A stretch of 64,000 nt of DNA from the human T2T-CHM13v2.0 reference genome, Homo sapiens. Position numbers and translations under genes: made by a program. Every line of letters begins with the position of its first letter. Position 1 is the stretch's first letter. Below are positions 57,959 to 64,000 of the stretch, piece after piece. The notes beneath the pieces were generated by a model. The model was not told the DNA's origin, searched no databases, and was given only the letters and a program-made list of their open reading frames with translations. The stretch lies in NCBI RefSeq assembly GCF_009914755.1, contig NC_060930.1. One strand, written 5' to 3'.

Positions 57959-58989
57959 CTATTCTCCATAGCGTAGCACAGGACATACTGAATAAATACG
58001 TCTTAAATGAAAGAACACATTTTTGACTGACAAATTGGAAATCATATCAGATTATGTTAACATTTAAATCCAAACAAGTAAACTCCAATTGTAACAATGA
58101 ATGTCCCAATAATTTGAATGCAGATGCTGTTTTTTCAGGTCCACAGTTGCTATCTGGTAGACCTTTAGCGTTTTGAAGAACATAGTTTGGGAAAACAATA
58201 GTTTTTTCTCCTCTCAGTTTATGAGCATACTCTTCTGAGTGGTGACAGTAGAAATAATTTCTCTGAAGGACTTGATATCCAAAGATCTCTAGATTTTTCT
58301 CTATCCAACTGGAAAAGAAACCTACAGAAACACCACTAAATTGCTTCCTTTGCGGGACAAATATGAATCTATTGTAATGCACAATCCAAGAGGAGACAGA
58401 GACAAATCCCAGTGCTCATCTTTAAAAAAGAACAGGGAATGGCAGATGAGTCTCTTATTTTATCCTTGTTAAAAGCACTTCAGATTACACATAACCTACT
58501 CCTACTCTTCTTCCCAGTAAGCAATTATATGTGCATTTTTTAAGTTGTCAGCAAAGTAAGCCTAATGGACCAAAATGTATGATCAGTTTTGGGGATTATT
58601 TATTTCTTCCTTCTTCCCACTGCTATAATTTACTTTGAGCCTTTTTTTTTTTTTAACAGGAGAGTCAGACTTTACATTTCAATGAATTCATTTTCTCAGA
58701 AACATCTGTCTCAGTCCACATTTGAAAAAAAAAAACTTCTACATGAAAACAAAAGACCTATAGTGTTATAGAACAGCATAAGTGAGAATTATACTCTGTA
58801 ATTATCAGTTTTCAAGTATTAACCTTACTGAGATGGAGACAACAAAAAGTTCTGATCTTTCAATACTTGAGTTATGTAACGTTCTGAAATATTTCTGAGA
58901 TGCCTCTACTGACTTTAGTTATTAAAAATGTGTTATTTTAGAAATAGCTTATCAAAAAATACCTTTTGGCATCTGGAGCTTTATCTTAA

Positions 58990-59335
<346 letters not shown>

Positions 59336-60214
59336 CTCCGTGTTTTTTTAGTAGTAGGTTTCCAGTTCTCAAGTATGATTTAGTGAATGTTCAGCCCCAC
59401 CACCAACCTGCAGAAATGTCAGGCAGCCAAGCACAGGCCCTATCCCCACAGTGATTGTCTGATCACTGCACAGACTGTGAAGTCCCCAGGTACCAGTGCC
59501 AGCCTCTGAGGAGGATAAGATGAGAAGAGACTTCAACAGGGTGGGCAGGCCACAGTGCAAGGGCTGCGTGCCAGGACCTCATTCTGCTGAGAGTTGGGGT
59601 ATGTACAAGTGTCATTGAGAAAGGCCTAAGATTGTGGAGGGAGGTGGGTAACCTGACTTGAATATCTAAAAGGTATGTGACATGTCAATAAAGCTTCATT
59701 TGGGCTAGCAAGCAAACCAGAAGCAATTAACTAGACATCACTGTTTCTTCTTGGTATAGTCAGAGCTAAGTGTTCTAGGAACACTTAAACATTTTTGTAC
59801 ATATTATTGGTAAAGGCTCTGACCAGATGTCAATGATATTGGCAAACTTTGTCCATATAAATCAGGTGACTTGTAAGAAGTGTTCACTGAGGCTTAATTT
59901 TATTTCAGAAACAACGGCATTACTGCCTAGTTTACAATTTATAGTGAGCATTAGAGCTGATGTCATATGTTCCTTGCACTGTATTGACACGTGTGAACAG
60001 CAGGCATTGGCCAGAAACAACGCTGGTGCCATCTATGTTCCATTTGCAGCAAGAGATTACTCAACTCTTACTCTAACTCAAATGAGACTGTCAACGAAGA
60101 TAGGAGGCATGGAGGAGAACTGACAAGAGGAGAAAGCTTATATTGATTCCGTATCCTGTGAGGGAAAATAAGCATTTAAGGAAGAATAACCAAGATGAAT
60201 CAAATTACTCACTG

Positions 60215-60641
60215 AGTATGAGTTTTCTAGGGCTGCCCTAACAGATTACCAGAGTGGCTTCAAATACAAAAATGTATTCTCTCACAGTTCTGGAGGCTAG
60301 AAGTCTGAAATCAAGGTATCAGCAGGTCTCTGAGCTCTCTGAAGCTACCAGGGAAGAGTCCTTCCTTCCTTCTTCTAGCTCCCAGAGCTCACCAGAAATC
60401 CATGCCGGTCCTTGAGTGGTGGCAGCATAACTCCAACCTTTGCCTCCATCATCACAGGCCTTCGTCCCCATGGGTCTGTTTTCCCTTCTTACATGGACAC
60501 GAGCCAGGGACTAGGGCCCACCCTAATCCCATATGGCTTCATCTTAACTAATTACATCTGCAAAGACTATTGCCAAGTAAGGTCATATTCTGAGGTTCTG
60601 GATGGACAGCAACTATAGGGGGCAGTATTCAGCTGAGGACA
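60215..60641 (-). mobile_element. MLT1 (B/C/D-like) solo LTR
   Basis: ttctagggctgcc...ctcacagttctggaggctagaagtctgaaatcaagg...ttacatctgcaaagac. Confidence 0.8.
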
Positions 60642-60736
60642 CCTAGACACTCCTCACTCCTCACTCACTCACCCAATGCTTTACCTCCTACAGACACTCC
60701 TCACTCACTCACCTTTACCTCCTACCCATCCCCGGT

Positions 60737-60743
60737 ACACATA

Positions 60744-60791
<48 letters not shown>
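60737..60791. repeat. (CA)n microsatellite
   Basis: Seen directly. Confidence 0.95.
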
Positions 60792-60793
<2 letters not shown>

Positions 60794-60923
60794 CCATACG
60801 CATCTGTCAGACTCTTTAACTTTTTATTTGGAGATAATTGTAGATTTAAATGTTCTCGTAAGAAATAATACAGAGTTGGAACTTGGGGGTAAGTAGTCAA
60901 AATGAAAATAAAAGAAATAGAGA

Positions 60924-61240
60924 AGCTGAGCACAGCTGCTGATGCCTGTAATCCCAATACTTTAGGAGGCCGAGGCAGGAGGATCACTTGAGGCTAGGAG
61001 TTTGAGACCAGCCTGGGCAACATAGCAAGACCTCATCTCTATTAAATTTTTTTTTAATTAGCTGGGTGTAGTGGCACACACCTGTAGTCCCAGCTACTTG
61101 GGAGGCTGAGATGGGAGGATCACTTGAGCCCAAAGGTTGAGGCTGCAGGGAGCTGTTTCACACCACTGCACTCCTGCCTGGGGCAAGAGAGTGAGACCCT
61201 ATCTCAAAAAAAAAAAAAAAAGAAAGAAAGAAAGAAAGAA
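60924..61240 (+). mobile_element. AluJ within an old L1M fragment (~60815-61440)
   Basis: Dimer; TSD aaagaaatagaga. Confidence 0.9.
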
Positions 61241-61734
61241 ATAGAGAGATCCTGTGAACTCTTCATCCACTTTACCCAATTTTCCCCATGGTAACGTCTT
61301 GTATAACTATATTACAATAACTATATTACAACCAGGAAATCAACATTGATAAAAATCCGGTAACAATTCAGACTTCAGCAGTGTTACATGCATTTGTGTG
61401 TGTTTACATGTGTGTGTGTGTGTTTTTGTGTGTGTGTATCATATCTTGCAGATTTCACCTGATTGACAGCATTGAGATAGAGCGTTTCAGGTTTGAGATG
61501 TGGTTGTTTTTACATATTTGGAGGTAGAGTGAGGAAGTGTGGAGAAGTTTCATGGAAGGAGGAACAAAACACATCTTTGTTTCTCTCTTCCATATCTTTT
61601 CCTTACTAATTCAGATCTGGCTCAGGAAAAAAAACAACTTTTTAAAATCCCAGTGGCATCAGCCATCTGGAGATGACAGTATGATTCTTGTTCTACTTTT
61701 CAGCTTCTTCACTATTTCATCATTGATTTCCCAG

Positions 61735-64000
61735 ATACTTTCATTCATTCATTCATTCATTCATTATTTGTGCAACAAATATACATGAAGCACCAAGTTT
61801 GTGTTAGGTGTTGGGGATGCAATGATAAATGTCTTCTCTGTGCTTACAATAAAGTGAGCAACTAGGGAGAATTCATAATAGCAAATCATAATTAGTGAAA
61901 TAACAGAAGTAGGAGCAGATGGGATCACATAGAAGGGAAACCACATGACAGGGTATGAGAGAAGTCAGGAAGCCCTCCCAGAGGAAGGGATGCCTAAGTC
62001 AAGATATAAATAAAGAGTGAGGCAAGGGGAGGAATCTGGGAAGAACTGTTCCTGACCAAGGGACAATAGTTGAAGTGTTTCTGAGGATGAAAAATATTCC
62101 CAGAAACATCAAGAAACTGAAAAAAAAATTAGCGCTCAAGGGAGATATGTAGGTAATTGTGCAGATAATAAGGAAAAGTTAAAGGTATAGAAAATGATAG
62201 GTGCACCAGTTCCTGATAAGGATGGGACTCAGAGAGCAGGAGGCTTTGGAGATGAGGTCGACTCACCACCATTGTGATAGGTGGGAAGGAGATGACGCCA
62301 TGTGGGACACAATTATGTTCATGCATTTTGTGGCAAAAGTTGCAGAATTCTCATCTGGTGACCTCTACATTCTGGGTCCAGTACAATGCACAGGCATCTG
62401 CTGGAGTGAAGGGGGCCAAAAGTGGGAGAAAAAAAGGGAGGAAATCAATAGCATATCTGTATATGAGAGAGTGTTGACTCAAGAAAGAAAGAGCATAGCA
62501 GAGAGAGTTCACTGAAGAAACTTCACATGATCACGTAGAGCACCAATGCTAGAAGTCGGGAGTTGATAGCCACAACCATCTTAAACATCCTGCAGCATCT
62601 CCAGCAGCTCTCAGCCCCCGGATGAAGATGAGAAGGTAGAAGTCAGATTCTTCCAAGGTTTGGATCTTTCCCAGAGGAAACAAAGTAGAGCAGCAAGGCA
62701 AGGGAGTTGATTGTAGTTGTAATTTAAGCTGAGTAGAAAAGGCAGTAAAGATGAGAAGCTGTTGGATAAAGGCAGAATCAAGAGATGAAAGAGCCTTAGA
62801 AGACATGCTGAGAAGAAAGAACCAGAGAGAGCTGGAAGGTTAGGCTTGTGTGGTCCAAGGCTGTGGAAGGTCTGAATGTATTATTTTAGAGGTGAAGTGG
62901 TTTGATGTGAAGACAGGTCCAGGAGCTTTGGGGGCAGACAGCTTCAGGAGTATGGAGAAGTTTATTATAGTTAAGGAATCAAAAGTACGTGGTGGTAGGT
63001 GAGTTATCCACTTGGTTACTGAAGTCACACAGGGTATTGGCAGGACTTGAAGTGAGAAGAAGCCTGGAGCTTCTCCAGTAACTGAAGTGGAAAGAATGAA
63101 ATGTCAAATGATGCCGCAGACATGAGGTGGTAGCACCCACGGCAAGAACCCCAAGGGAGACGTGTTCTCAGCTTGAGTCCTCACTGAGGGTAGAGGACTA
63201 ATGGTCTAGAAGTGGCAGTAACACGCTGATCCCATGTCCCAACACTGACATGAAGGACAGTTGGTAATAAGTAGCCTCCATTTGAGAGGCTTCCATAAGG
63301 CAATGTTGTCAGGGGACAGTTTCAGATAAAGGAATGTCTAGTGCATACAGTGGTTGTAAGAGTGTTTATATCCTGGTTTGGGAGTTCCAGGGAAAATAAT
63401 AGAAGTGTCAGGAAGGAGGATTGTGACAGGAAATGGTAGGATCCAAATATCATGGAGCATGAGAATGTGGGAGAAGATAAGTGAAGGAATCATTCTTCTT
63501 AGGTGGTAAACAAGGGTTACAGGGATGCGAGTTAGGGTGGATTAAGCTGGCCACTAGACTGCCAACAGAATTAGTCCCACCATCCCCCCTGCAGATGGGA
63601 GGAGGCTCTCAGGGATTCACATAGCCCTGCCAGATGTACTTCCAAGCCTTAAAAGAAAGGGGAAACTCTTAGCTGTTGGAAGAAGTGACCTTTGGTCTGG
63701 ATTGACTGTGGTGGTCTTGGGGAGGTTGTGGGAATGAAGTAACTTCCACTCAGGTACCCAGGGAGTGGTGAAGGACACCATACCCAGAAAGCACGGGCTG
63801 GGAGTGGGCGATGAGTCTAGGCTCTTTGAGGGAACAGTGATGACCAGGAAATACTGGCACACAACCTGCTCTGCTTCTCCCTCTGGGACTCCAAGCTCAG
63901 CATTGCTATGGTTAGAGATTCTGTGTGCAATCTGCAGGTGGTAATAAGGATCTGTAGCTAGCATTTTTCAATCTCCCTTCATACTACATCCCCAGAGGTC
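61735..64000. mobile_element. Long degenerate L2
   Basis: (TTCA)n 3' end at 61740-61765 followed by purine-rich L2-like body; distal extent uncertain. Confidence 0.5.

Noticed and set aside
63617-63964. 115-aa minus-strand ORF
   Set aside because: No recognisable domain or splice context; lies in probable degenerate L2.

Overview
This is primate, almost certainly human, genomic DNA covering the 3' part of PDE7B (cAMP-specific phosphodiesterase 7B) on the + strand. I read ten coding exons directly (5463-49954, all GT-AG). They join in frame into 1187 nt encoding the catalytic domain (HNxxH, HD, ENHH, TD, CAD motifs, invariant Q) and the C-terminus ...EQEGDSP*. A ~3.7 kb 3'UTR probably ends near 53690, and ~10 kb of repeat-rich intergenic DNA follows. 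The rest is mostly mammalian retroelements and DNA-transposon fossils: 22 Alus, L1s (one 5'-inverted with a TSD), a complete THE1C-like MaLR, solo LTRs, Tigger2a, MADE1, MIR and L2. I found no convincing new biological system. The best leads are: (i) two strongly signalled minus-strand exon candidates suggesting a spliced antisense RNA across the PDE7B 3'UTR and intron 8; (ii) a MADE1 hairpin with concerted changes in both arms; (iii) two short templated non-tandem duplications; (iv) a candidate poison exon before exon 12; (v) a DUX4-motif MaLR cluster whose only sense LTR has lost its poly(A) hexamer; (vi) a 20:2 Alu strand skew. Exon numbers and repeat subfamily names come from memory of reference or consensus sequences, not from a search.
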